Source: Candidatus Krumholzibacteriia bacterium
GTDB taxonomy: Bacteria > Krumholzibacteriota > Krumholzibacteriia > JAJRXK01
Direction of reading: 5' to 3'
Assembly: GCA_041484665.1 (NCBI GenBank)
Contig: JBGPIA010000009.1
Location: forward strand, 64,001 to 128,000
Length of the DNA: 64,000 nucleotides
This document shows, piece after piece, positions 28,957 through 38,616 of this stretch. Below the pieces are notes generated by a model that was not told the DNA's origin, did no database searches, and saw only the letters and a list, made by a program, of their open reading frames with translations. Numbering within the stretch: the first letter of the stretch is position 1; every line of letters begins with the position of its first letter. The translations under genes and the position numbers were made by a program.

Positions 28957-29186
28957 CATTCGGTTGCCCAAGCCCCGGTCCCCAGGTCCGCGTGCGGCTT
29001 CGCTGCGCGCGGGTGCGCGGAGCGGGGGAACCGATGGCTCTCGGTGGAATCGGGGCATCGGCCGCGGCGCGCGGCCGGCCGCAGGACGAGGGCCTGCTCA
29101 CAGCCGCTTCTGCTTCTCCTGCCGCAGGCGACCCGGCCCACCAGGGCCCGCGTGCCTCGCCGCGCCAGGGGATGGGTGGGGATGGA

Positions 29187-30920
29187 ATGAAACGGTCGTT
29201 GCTCGTCAAAGTGATCCTGATCGCCCTGATCCTGGGCTGGTCGTTGTTCAGCCTGATCCCCACCGTGCGCCTGATGCGCCTGCCGGCCGACGAGAAGGCC
29301 AAGCTGGACGCCACGGTCGAGGGTCGCGAGAAGCTCGACAAGCTCCACGACAAGGGGATCAAGCTGGGGCTCGACCTGCAGGGCGGCATGTACCTGGTGC
29401 TGGACATCGACCGCAGCCAGCTCGACCAGAAGGCTGCCGCCGACGCCCTGGACCGTGTCGTGGAGATCCTGCGCAACCGCGTGGACCAATTCGGCGTGTC
29501 CGAGCCGGTGATCCAGAAGCAGGGCGACGCGCGCATCATCGTACAGCTGCCCGGCCTGCAGGACGCCGAGCGCGCCAAGCGCCTGATCGGCCGCACGGCG
29601 CGCCTGGAGTTCCGTATGGTGCGGGAGGCGGCCGACGTGAACACGCTGCTGCCGCGCCTGGACCGGATCCTGGCCGCCGCGCTGCGCGGAAGCTCCGCCG
29701 ACAGCACGCTGTCCGGCGGCAAGGCCGCCGTGGACACCGTGGCCCAACACGGCGCCAAGCCCGCCGTCGCCGCGGGCGACTCCGCGGTCAATCCCTTCAC
29801 CGCCACCGACGACGTCGCCAAGCATGCGGCCGCGGCGGGCGAGAGCGCCGACGAGATGGATCCCGAGCATCCGCTCTCGTCGCTGCTGGGCCCGTTCGTC
29901 GCCGGCTACGGCGGTATCCCGGTGGCCGACCGCAATCGCGCCAAGGTCGACGAGTTCCTGGCGCGCCCGGACGTCAAACGCGCCATCCCGCGCGAGCTGG
30001 ATTTCCTGTGGGGCGCCGAGCCGTACGCCGCCCAGGGCGGGGGCAGGGCGCACCTGCTGTTCCTGGTCGACCGGGACGTCAAGCTGGACGGCGGTGAGAT
30101 CCAGAACGCCGAGGTCTCGCCCGATCCCGAGCGCCCGCCGACCATGGTGGTCAACCTGGAGCTTTCGCGCCGCGGCGGCCTCAAGTTCGCCAGCGTGACG
30201 GGCGCCAACGTCGGGCGCAAGCTGGCCATCGTGCTGGACAACGTCGTCAACAGCGCTCCCGTCATCCACGACAAGATCACCGGCGGCCGCGCCCGCATCA
30301 CCGGCAACTTCAACAACCAGGACGCCCACGACCTCAAGGTCGTGCTGCGCGCGGGGGCGCTGCCCGCCGACGTGCGCATCCAGGAGGAGCGCACCATCGG
30401 CCCCAGCCTCGGGCGCGACTCCATCCACTCGGGCGTCTCGGCCGCGCTGTGGGGGGGGCTGCTGGTGGTGGTGTTCATGGTCTTCTACTACCGGATGGCG
30501 GGTCTGATCGCTACGGCCGGGCTGCTGCTCACCATGGTGTCGCTCTTGGCGATCCTCGCGCAGCTGCACCTCACACTGACCTTGCCCGGCATCGCCGGCA
30601 TGGTGCTGACCCTGGGCATGGCGGTGGATGCCAACGTGCTCATCTACGAGCGCATCCGCGAGGAGCTGCGCAAGGAGAAATCCGTGCGTGCCTCCGTCGA
30701 GGCGGGCTTCCACCAGGCGGCCCGTACGATCATCGACTCCAACCTCACGACGCTGGCGGCGGGGGTCGTGCTCTACATTTTTGGCACCGGTCCCATCAAG
30801 GGCTTCGCCGTGACGCTGAACATCGGGCTGATCACCAGCATGTTCTCGGCGCTCGTGTTCACGAAGGTCGTCTACGACGTCTGGCTGGGCGAGCGCCAGC
30901 CCAAGAGCCTCAGCATCTAG
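29187..30920 (+). CDS. secD: Protein translocase subunit SecD
   Basis: KLGLDLQGG, RNRVDQFGVSEP, LRAGALPA, IGPSLG, LTLPGIAG, MAVDANVLIYERIREE, GPIKGFAVTL. Confidence 0.97.
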   Translation: MKRSLLVKVILIALILGWSLFSLIPTVRLMRLPADEKAKLDATVEGREKLDKLHDKGIKLGLDLQGGMYLVLDIDRSQLDQKAAADALDRVVEILRNRVDQFGVSEPVIQKQGDARIIVQLPGLQDAERAKRLIGRTARLEFRMVREAADVNTLLPRLDRILAAALRGSSADSTLSGGKAAVDTVAQHGAKPAVAAGDSAVNPFTATDDVAKHAAAAGESADEMDPEHPLSSLLGPFVAGYGGIPVADRNRAKVDEFLARPDVKRAIPRELDFLWGAEPYAAQGGGRAHLLFLVDRDVKLDGGEIQNAEVSPDPERPPTMVVNLELSRRGGLKFASVTGANVGRKLAIVLDNVVNSAPVIHDKITGGRARITGNFNNQDAHDLKVVLRAGALPADVRIQEERTIGPSLGRDSIHSGVSAALWGGLLVVVFMVFYYRMAGLIATAGLLLTMVSLLAILAQLHLTLTLPGIAGMVLTLGMAVDANVLIYERIREELRKEKSVRASVEAGFHQAARTIIDSNLTTLAAGVVLYIFGTGPIKGFAVTLNIGLITSMFSALVFTKVVYDVWLGERQPKSLSI

Positions 30921-30945
30921 CCCCTGGCGCAACGGACGAGGAGCC

Positions 30946-31887
30946 ATGGAATTCTTCAGGGAAACCCACATCGATTTCATCAGCCGCTGGAAGCTGTGGG
31001 TGGGGATCTCGTGGACGCTGATCCTCGCCGGGGTCATCTCCTTCGCCGTGCGCGGCGGCCCGCGCTACTCCGTGGATTTCACCGGCGGGACCGTCGTCGA
31101 GCTGCGGATCATCCCGGGAGCGGACGTGGCCGCCGTCCGCGCCGCCCTGGACAACGCCGGTGTCAAGGCCGACCAGGTCACCACCCTGGGCACCAACCAG
31201 CAGTTCCTGGTCAGTCTCCCAGCGGCCGAAGCGCAGTCGGGTCAGGCCGCTGCGGAGGCCGTGAGCGTGCGCGACGCGGTGGCCAAGGCGATGCCCGACA
31301 AGAACGTGGAGCTGCGCCGCCAGGAGACGGTCGGTCCCAAGATCGGCAAGGAGTTGCGGACCGCGGCCGTCAACTCCATCGTCGTGGCCTTGCTGGTCAT
31401 CATGGTCTACGTCTGGGTGCGGTTCCCCTCGTTCCAATACGCTCTGGGTGCCGTGGTGGCGACATTGCACGACGTGCTGATCACGGCCGGTATCTTCTCG
31501 CTGTTGAACAAGGAGTTCACCCTGGCCATCGTGGCGGCCCTGCTCACGATCGTCGGATTCTCGGTCAACGACACGATCGTGGTGTTCGACCGCGTGCGCG
31601 AGAACATGAAGCTCCGGCGCAAGGAGACCTTCGAGGAGATCGCCAACCGAAGCGTGAACGAGACCCTCAGCCGCACCATCATCACCAGCGGCACCGTGCT
31701 CATCACGTCGCTGATCCTGATGGTCATGGGCGGTTCGGTAATCCACGACTTTGCGCTCGCCATGTCCATCGGGATCATCGTCGGTACCTACTCGTCGATC
31801 TACGTCGCCAGCCCGATCGTGATCCAGTGGTATAGGTGGCGCGCTGGCGCGGCCAAGCGCGTCAAGAAGGCGGCGGCGACCGCCTGA
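30946..31887 (+). CDS. secF: Protein translocase subunit SecF
   Basis: VDFTGG, VGPKIGKEL, LHDV, GFSVNDTIVVFDRVREN, ETLSRTIITS, GTYSSIYVASP. Confidence 0.97.
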   Translation: MEFFRETHIDFISRWKLWVGISWTLILAGVISFAVRGGPRYSVDFTGGTVVELRIIPGADVAAVRAALDNAGVKADQVTTLGTNQQFLVSLPAAEAQSGQAAAEAVSVRDAVAKAMPDKNVELRRQETVGPKIGKELRTAAVNSIVVALLVIMVYVWVRFPSFQYALGAVVATLHDVLITAGIFSLLNKEFTLAIVAALLTIVGFSVNDTIVVFDRVRENMKLRRKETFEEIANRSVNETLSRTIITSGTVLITSLILMVMGGSVIHDFALAMSIGIIVGTYSSIYVASPIVIQWYRWRAGAAKRVKKAAATA

Positions 31888-32112
31888 GGCGCGGCGCGCC
31901 TGCGGCGCTCCTGCGGGCGCGGCCGGCGCGCGCTTGCGTCGGGGCGGCGCCGGATCTGGCCCGCGCCGCTTCCCCTCCAAGAGACGCCCTTGTCCCCGCC
32001 GGGAGACGTCCGGGGCCGCGCGCAGCTCCCTGGGCTTGGCACGGCGAACCGCTCGCCGCGTTCGCCCGCTGTCTCCCTTGCGCTTGGCGTGCTACGCTTG
32101 CGCGGCCGCTGC

Positions 32113-32129
32113 CTGGCACACCCGATGCT
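32113..32129 (+). promoter_or_regulatory. Putative sigma54-type promoter
   Basis: CTGGCACACCCGATGCT: TGGCAC core with GG-N10-GC, about 57 nt before the ATG at 32186. Confidence 0.5.
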
Positions 32130-32185
32130 CGGCAAGCGGAGTCCCGCCCCGAGCTTGCCGCTGCCCTCCGGAGGCCGCCCGTTCC

Positions 32186-32833
32186 ATGGAGTCACGCCTA
32201 GATACGGCTTCGCATCCGCACGGGCGGCGTGCCGAGCTGCGCCGGCCAGCAGCCCTCGTCCGACGGGCCGTGCGTGCTAAGCCGGCTGGTTTGGCGCTGC
32301 CGCTTCGGCTGGCCCTGCTGGCGCTGCCGGCGGCGCTCTCGTCGCTCGTCCCGCTGTCGCTCTCGTCGCTCCATCGGGGCGCTGCGGTGGCGGGCGCCCT
32401 GGCCGTCGCGGTGGGTGCCACCGTCGGTGAGGCGACCGCGGGTCCACCCTCGGCCGCCGATCTGCTCGAGACCTTCGCCGCGGGCTGGAAGGCGGAGGAT
32501 GCCGCGTCGATCAAGCTGCTGTTGGCAGCCGGAGAGACGCGCTTTCGCCTTGAGCCCCCGGGCGCGGCGGACGCCGACGGGCCTGTCGACGCCGCCCTCT
32601 GCAGCCCGGCGCAGATCTTCTATATATTACAGAAGCTGTTCGCCCAGGTCCGCGTGCTCGATGCGCGGCGCGATCGCAAGCTCGTCAGCCCTCGCGCCGA
32701 TCAGGCCCACGGCGTCGTCGAGGTGCAGTGGCGCGCCGCGGCGAGCGACGAGCCGGTGCGGCGGCGGCTGTTCATCGAGATGCGCCATCAGTCGGAGGGA
32801 TGGCGCGTGGTCGAGGTGAGGGCTCTGCCCTGA
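32186..32833 (+). CDS. Hypothetical exported protein, DUF4783/NTF2-like
   Basis: Hydrophobic N-terminal region, then F..GW...DA..I...SPAQIFYILQKLF...GWRVVEVR; SD GGAGG. Confidence 0.6.
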   Translation: MESRLDTASHPHGRRAELRRPAALVRRAVRAKPAGLALPLRLALLALPAALSSLVPLSLSSLHRGAAVAGALAVAVGATVGEATAGPPSAADLLETFAAGWKAEDAASIKLLLAAGETRFRLEPPGAADADGPVDAALCSPAQIFYILQKLFAQVRVLDARRDRKLVSPRADQAHGVVEVQWRAAASDEPVRRRLFIEMRHQSEGWRVVEVRALP

Positions 32834-32850
32834 GCGCCCACGCGCATGCC

Positions 32851-35800
32851 ATGAAGGACGGCTTCCCCGGCCGCCTGATTCGCTCCTCGCTCCCGTACTC
32901 CCTGCTCTCGCTCGGAGCGCTGTTGGCCTGCCTCGCGCAGGCGCGGCTGCCGTGGGCGGTGGTCGCGGCCGCGAGCGCCGCGGCCGCGGTGGCGGCAACC
33001 TGGCGCGGCGTGCGCTCGCGCAGCTTGCGCGCGGCCGCGGTGCGGGGCGTGCTCGCGCTGGCGCTCGCAGCCGGCGGTCTCGCGGCGGTCTCCATGGCGC
33101 GGCTGGCCGCCGTCGACGAGGAGGGCTGGACGCTGCGCTCGCGGGCGCGCCTCGCGCGCGGAGAGCGCACTGCGGGTGACCTGTTGTTGCAGCTGGAGGC
33201 CGCGGCCCGCGCGCGCGCCGCGAGCGCGCTGCGAGCGCAGACGGCCGGCGAGCTGGAGCCCCTGGCCGTCCCCCTGGTCGTCGCAGGCACCGCGCTGCCG
33301 GTGGGTGTCTCGGTCTGGCGCGGCGGGGAGCTGCTGCGCTGGGCCGGCGAGGTCCCGGGCCCCGACCGCCCGCAACCCACGCGCCGTCCCCTCATCGTCG
33401 ACCGCGGGTTCCGTCGCTACCTGAGCCTGGCGGCCCGCGACAGCCAGGGCGTCGCGACCCCCGGCACCAGCGGCCCCGCCAATACCGAGGTCGGCACCGC
33501 GGTGCACGGGATCCGCGCTGCGGCGCCCCTCGACGCGACCCGCGCTGCCGGCTCCGCCGCCGCCGGCAGCGCCTCAGCGGGCAGCGACAGTGCGGCTGCG
33601 GGCATCAACAGCTCCGCCGGCTCGACGGCTCCTGCCGACTCCACGCGGCTTGCGGCGTTCGTCGACGTCAGCTTGGGGATCACCCGCGAGCTGTTCCCGC
33701 GGCTGGGGGTCGGCGCCGACCCGGGGCAGCCGCTCTCGCGCGCCACCGGCCTGCGCGTTCGCCTGCTGCCCGAGCGCCCCGCGACCGATTCGCCCGCCAG
33801 CGAACTCGAGCGCGTGGCCGGCATCCCGCAGAGCGACCCCTGGGTCTGGCTGGCGCTCACGTCGCCGGGCCCGCGGGAGGAGCGGCGGCTGGCGCTGCAG
33901 CGCAGCGGCCAGCGGGTGGCGCTCATGGCACTCGCCGCCCTCGCACTCCTGGCGTTGGCCGCGTGGCAGGCATGGCCGCGCGTCGCCTCGGGGCGAGGCC
34001 GCCGCATCGCCACGGCAGCCGCAGTGGTGGCGGTGGTCGCCACGCGCCTGGCCCTGGATCGCGCCGGCGTCCTGGCGGTGGCCTCGACGGGCGCCGGCGG
34101 CTCGCTGCGCTACTTGCTGGAGCCAGCCTACTTCGCCACGACCTGGGGTCTCGGGCTGCTGCGCAGTGTGCTCGACTTCCTCGTCACCGCGCTGAGCCTC
34201 GCGCTGTTGGCGGTGCTGCTGCGGCCGGGCTGGCTGGCGTGGTGCGGGGGAACGCGCGGCCGCCGCGCCGCCACCCTGGTCCGCCTGCTCACGCTGCTGC
34301 TGGCCGCCGGTGGCGCGCTGGCGCTGGGGCGCGCGCTGCAGCAGGTCGTGGCGCAGAACGCCAACCCCAAGCTCATCGGGCCGGACGCTCCGTTCTTCAC
34401 CTTGCCATTCCTCGCCCTGCACGTGGCGCTGCTCCTGTGCTTCCTCGCGCCGGCGGCGCTGGCGTTGTTGGGGCTGCAGCGCTGGCTGCAGCAGCGGCGC
34501 GCCCCGGCACTGTGGGCAGCGGGATGCGCGGCGCTCTTGGGAGCGGGCGCGCTGGCCGCGCGCTGGCCCCCCGCGCCCGCTCTGTGGGCGGCGGCACTGC
34601 CGCTGCTGGCCCTGGCGATGTCGCCAGCCGTGGCCCATCCGGCGCCGGCGACACGGTCGGTCGCGGCGCTCCTGGCGGTGCTGTGGGCGGCCGGCTTCCA
34701 GGCCGAGGGCCTGCGCACGGTATACACGACCCTCAAGGAAGGGGTGGCGTTGGAGCGCGCCCAGGAGCGCCTGCGCCCGGGCGACAACTGGCGCCGCTTC
34801 CTGTTGGAGGACCTGCTGGCGGAGATCACCCACGACCCGGACGCGCTGCAGCGCCTGACCGATCCCGCCCTGGACCGCAGCAGCGCCGCATTCGAGCTGT
34901 GGGCCGGCAGCAGCTTGAGCGCGCTGGGCTACGGATCGCGCGTCGAGCTCCTGGGGCGCGGCGGCGCGCTGCTCTCCGAGTTCGATCTCAACTTGCCCTA
35001 CGAGCCCACGCCCACGGAGAGTTGGCGCCTGCAGCCCCTGGACTTGGACCCGCCGTGGGCCGTGGAGGCCCTCGAGGTCGGGACCGAGGAGGGTCCGTTC
35101 CTGGTCTATCGCGGCCGGCTCTGGCTGCCGCCGCTGCGGCCCGAGGGCGACGCGAGCTGGCTGGTGGTCGAGCTCCCCTACGCGGCGGTCGATCCGGCGG
35201 CGGCCATGGACCTGCAGGCCAGCGGACCCGCCGCGCTGGGCTTTCCCGCCGGGCGCGAGCTGACGCCGCGCAAGGAGTTCGAGGAGCCCGTGCTCATCGG
35301 ACGCTTGGGGGATGGGGTGGTGACCGCAGCGACCGATCCCGCGCTGATCGGACTGCCGTGCGCAGGGTTGGCCCAGGATGGCAGCTGGAGCGTGGTGCGC
35401 CTGCCCGGTGGGCCGCACCGGGCGCGCCTGGTGCGTGGCGACGCCGGCACGGATCTGGTGGTGGCGTTCGCCGAGCCCACCGTCGTCGAGCGGATGCTCG
35501 ACGCCAGCCGCCTCACCGCGCTGTACGTGCTCGCCGCCGTGCTGGCCGTCGCCGCGCTCGCGGCGCTGCTGCTGCTGCGCCCGCCCGCGGAGCGCGGCTT
35601 CCCGGGCCTGTTCGGCGCGCCGGGCTTCCAGGGGAAGCTCGTAGCGGCGCTGGTGCTGGTGGTGTTGCTGCCGGTGCTGGTCTCGGGCGCGTTCCACGAG
35701 CGGCAGCTGGCGAGCCGCTTGCGCCGCGAGAACCTCCAGGAGGTCGCCCGGCGCCTGGACACCGCGCTGCGCCTGCTGACGGGCACGCTGGATGATACCG

Positions 35801-37641
35801 CTGCCGGCCTGATCGGCAGCGAGTACATCCAGGACGTGCTGCAGCGCGGAACCACCGCCGCGCGGCGCGTGGTCGGCCCCTTCGAGCGCAGCCAAGCCAT
35901 GGTCTTCGCGCCCGGCGGGGAGCTGCTGCTGGACGAGACGCTGCGCAATCTGGACGCGCGTCACGCCGCGGCATTCCTCCAGTCGGTGCAGAGCGGCGAG
36001 GTCGTGCTTGAGGAGCAGGAAGGGGACTGGTTCCTTGGGCGCCTCTACACCGAGCCCGGCGCGCGCGGCCAGCCCTACCACGTCTACGTGCGCCGCCGAC
36101 TCACCGACGAGGACCTCGGCCGGCTGGCGCGCACGGTGGGCGCCGACCTCACGCTCTACGACGGACCCTGGGCGGTGGTCAGCAGCCAGGACGATCTCTA
36201 CAAGGCGGGGTTGATCACACCCGTGCTCCCCGCGCGCGCCAGTCAGGCCGTGCTCAGCGGCGGCAGCCGGCGCTACGTGCAGGCCGATCCGCGCGAGGGG
36301 CTCGTGGTCGCGGCGGGCTACGCGCCGGTGGGCGGTCCCGGCGGCGTGCGCCGCGGCGTGCTGGCCGCCAGCCTCTTCGCCCGCGCCACCGAGAGCGCGC
36401 AGGAGCGCCAGCGCACCGACCTGTTCCTGTTCGGCTTGTCGTCCCTGGCGTTCCTGCTGGCCGTCACGGTGGGACTGTGGGCCGCGGGGCGCATCGCCGA
36501 GCCGCTGCGCTCGCTGGCGGCTGCCGCGCGGCGCATCGGCGCCGGCGAGCTGAGCCTGCGCATGCCCGGTGGAGGGCGCGACGAGATCGGCCAGCTCATC
36601 GGCGCGTTCAATCGCATGGCCAGCGACCTGCAGAGCACCCAGGCCTCCCTCGCCGCGCGGCGCGCGTTCCTGGAGGCGATGCTGGGCAACCTGAGCGCCG
36701 GAGTGCTGGTGCTCGATGAGTCGCGCGCCGTCCGCGAGATGAACGCCGCGGGCCGCCGGCTCCTCTCGGGCTGCGAGCCGGAGATGCTCGCGCGCATCCG
36801 GGAGCTGGGGCCGCCGGCGGAGGTGGCCTCCACCGAGGTCGCGCTGCGCGGGGAGACCGGGCCGCGCACGCTGCGTCTGATCGTGACGCCGATCGCGCTC
36901 GAGGGCGGCACTCGCGGGTGGCTCGCGCTGTTCGATGATGTCACCGAGCTGTTGGCCACGCGCCAACTGGCGCTCTACGCCGAGATGGCGCGGCAGGTCG
37001 CCCACGAGGTGAAGAACCCGCTCACGCCGATCCTGCTCGCCGCCCAGATGGTCCGCCAGGCCTGCGCCGACCGGCACCCGGACCTGCAGGAGATCGTCGA
37101 CGACAACGTGCGACAGATCGAGACGCAGGTGCAGCGCCTGCGCTGGATCGCCTCGGAGTTCAGCCTGTTGGGGCGCTCGCAGCTGCCTGCCGCCGAGCCG
37201 GTCGGCGTCGCGGAGCTCCTGCGTCAGGTGCGCGCCCTGTACCCCTCGCCCGATGGCAGCCTGGAGCTGCGGTGCGAGGCGCCCGAGGACCTGGTCGCCC
37301 TGGCGTCGCGGGAGGCCCTGCTGAAGGTGCTGACCAACCTCGTCGAGAATGCCATGCAGGCCATGGGGGGACAGGGCCGCATCGTGCTGGGCGCGACCGC
37401 CCGCGGCGACCGCGTCGAGCTGCGAGTCGAGGACGAGGGCCCGGGCATTCCCCAGGACGTGCAGGACCGGCTGTTCGAACCCTACTTTTCCACCAAAAGC
37501 ACCGGGACGGGGCTGGGACTGGTGATTTGCCGTAATTTGATGGAGAAGATGGGCGGCGCAATCCGCCTGCAGAGCCGCGCGGACGCTCGCGGCGCCATGG
37601 CGCTCCTGGACCTGCCCGGCAGCCGTGCGAGGGACTTGTGA
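32851..37641 (+). CDS. Very large polytopic sensor histidine kinase, NtrY-like (HAMP-PAS-HisKA-HATPase)
   Basis: Many TM segments; HAMP (IAEPLRSL...RDEIGQL..AFNRM); H-box ARQVAHEVKNPLTPI; N-box NLVENA; DEGPG; FEPYFSTK; GTGLGL. Confidence 0.9.
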   Translation: MKDGFPGRLIRSSLPYSLLSLGALLACLAQARLPWAVVAAASAAAAVAATWRGVRSRSLRAAAVRGVLALALAAGGLAAVSMARLAAVDEEGWTLRSRARLARGERTAGDLLLQLEAAARARAASALRAQTAGELEPLAVPLVVAGTALPVGVSVWRGGELLRWAGEVPGPDRPQPTRRPLIVDRGFRRYLSLAARDSQGVATPGTSGPANTEVGTAVHGIRAAAPLDATRAAGSAAAGSASAGSDSAAAGINSSAGSTAPADSTRLAAFVDVSLGITRELFPRLGVGADPGQPLSRATGLRVRLLPERPATDSPASELERVAGIPQSDPWVWLALTSPGPREERRLALQRSGQRVALMALAALALLALAAWQAWPRVASGRGRRIATAAAVVAVVATRLALDRAGVLAVASTGAGGSLRYLLEPAYFATTWGLGLLRSVLDFLVTALSLALLAVLLRPGWLAWCGGTRGRRAATLVRLLTLLLAAGGALALGRALQQVVAQNANPKLIGPDAPFFTLPFLALHVALLLCFLAPAALALLGLQRWLQQRRAPALWAAGCAALLGAGALAARWPPAPALWAAALPLLALAMSPAVAHPAPATRSVAALLAVLWAAGFQAEGLRTVYTTLKEGVALERAQERLRPGDNWRRFLLEDLLAEITHDPDALQRLTDPALDRSSAAFELWAGSSLSALGYGSRVELLGRGGALLSEFDLNLPYEPTPTESWRLQPLDLDPPWAVEALEVGTEEGPFLVYRGRLWLPPLRPEGDASWLVVELPYAAVDPAAAMDLQASGPAALGFPAGRELTPRKEFEEPVLIGRLGDGVVTAATDPALIGLPCAGLAQDGSWSVVRLPGGPHRARLVRGDAGTDLVVAFAEPTVVERMLDASRLTALYVLAAVLAVAALAALLLLRPPAERGFPGLFGAPGFQGKLVAALVLVVLLPVLVSGAFHERQLASRLRRENLQEVARRLDTALRLLTGTLDDTAAGLIGSEYIQDVLQRGTTAARRVVGPFERSQAMVFAPGGELLLDETLRNLDARHAAAFLQSVQSGEVVLEEQEGDWFLGRLYTEPGARGQPYHVYVRRRLTDEDLGRLARTVGADLTLYDGPWAVVSSQDDLYKAGLITPVLPARASQAVLSGGSRRYVQADPREGLVVAAGYAPVGGPGGVRRGVLAASLFARATESAQERQRTDLFLFGLSSLAFLLAVTVGLWAAGRIAEPLRSLAAAARRIGAGELSLRMPGGGRDEIGQLIGAFNRMASDLQSTQASLAARRAFLEAMLGNLSAGVLVLDESRAVREMNAAGRRLLSGCEPEMLARIRELGPPAEVASTEVALRGETGPRTLRLIVTPIALEGGTRGWLALFDDVTELLATRQLALYAEMARQVAHEVKNPLTPILLAAQMVRQACADRHPDLQEIVDDNVRQIETQVQRLRWIASEFSLLGRSQLPAAEPVGVAELLRQVRALYPSPDGSLELRCEAPEDLVALASREALLKVLTNLVENAMQAMGGQGRIVLGATARGDRVELRVEDEGPGIPQDVQDRLFEPYFSTKSTGTGLGLVICRNLMEKMGGAIRLQSRADARGAMALLDLPGSRARDL

Positions 37642-37674
37642 AATCCACCCGGGCGCGGCCGCCGGCGGGGAACG

Positions 37675-37683
37675 TGGTAGGCT
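37675..37683 (+). promoter_or_regulatory. Extended -10 element upstream of the DUF4159 gene
   Basis: TGgTAGGCT, no recognisable -35. Confidence 0.3.
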
Positions 37684-37769
37684 TGCTGGGCGTAGGACGC
37701 GTAGTGGCGCCGCAGGACAACGTAGGCCTCCCCTGCGGCCGGCGCGGCCGTTGCTCACGGAGACGAGGC

Positions 37770-38555
37770 ATGGGAATGCGCAGCTTGCCATCGCGTCTGG
37801 CGACGCGCGGGGTCGCGGTGTGCCGCGCGCCGATCGCCGCCGCGCGCCACGCGCGCATCGCGCGGGCCACCCTGGCCGTGCTCTGCGCCGTGCTCTCCGC
37901 CGGGGTTTCCGCCCCGGGCGGGGCGCCAGCGGCGTGGGCGCAGGAGGTGCCCGAGAACCTCGGCCGCTTCCAGGTCGCGCGCTTGCACTATATGGGGGGC
38001 GGCGACTGGTACGCGAATCCCAGCAGTCTACCCAACCTGCTGCGCGAGCTGCAGGCCCGCACCGGCGCCCCCACCACGCCACGCGAGGCCACGGTCAAGC
38101 TCGACGACGAGCGGCTCTACGCCTACCCAATGCTCTATGTCACCGGACATGGCACGATCCGTCCCTCGCCGGCCGACATGGCCCGGTTGCGCCGCTACCT
38201 GGACGCGGGGGGCTTTCTCTGGGTGGACGACAACTACGGCATCGACAAGTCGTTTCGCGCCATGGCGGCCGACCTCTACCCCGACGAGAAGCTGGTCCCC
38301 ATCGGCAATGACCACCCCATGTACCGGACGTTCTATCGGCTGCCCGGGCTGCCGAAGATCCACTATCACGATGGCGACCCCGCGCAGGGGTTCGCCATCT
38401 ACCACGAGGGGCGCATGGCCCTGTACTACACCTGGAGCTGCGATATCGGCGACGGGCTGGAGGACCCGGAGGTCCACGGGGACTCTGCTGAGAAACGCGA
38501 GGCGGCCATGCGCATGGCGATCAACGTCTGCACCTTCGTCATGACACAGCCGTAG
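37770..38555 (+). CDS. DUF4159 domain exported protein
   Basis: ARLHY.GGGDWYANP.SLPNL, YPMLYVTGHG, YL.AGGFL.VDDNYG, LPKIH.HDG, DIGDGLEDPEVH.D; signal-like AWA/QE. Start uncertain. Confidence 0.85.
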   Translation: MGMRSLPSRLATRGVAVCRAPIAAARHARIARATLAVLCAVLSAGVSAPGGAPAAWAQEVPENLGRFQVARLHYMGGGDWYANPSSLPNLLRELQARTGAPTTPREATVKLDDERLYAYPMLYVTGHGTIRPSPADMARLRRYLDAGGFLWVDDNYGIDKSFRAMAADLYPDEKLVPIGNDHPMYRTFYRLPGLPKIHYHDGDPAQGFAIYHEGRMALYYTWSCDIGDGLEDPEVHGDSAEKREAAMRMAINVCTFVMTQP

Positions 38556-38616
38556 CTGGGCAGCGCCACCACGGGCGCGCCCGGCGGCCGGGCCGGCAAC
38601 CGCAGCGGAGGACATC

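Noticed and set aside
28939..29190. Possible arrest-peptide uORF upstream of secDF (VemP/ApdA/ApdP-like)
   Set aside because: The 83-aa ORF starts inside the promoter spacer and has no signal/TM segment and no RAPP/RGPP-type C-terminal motif.
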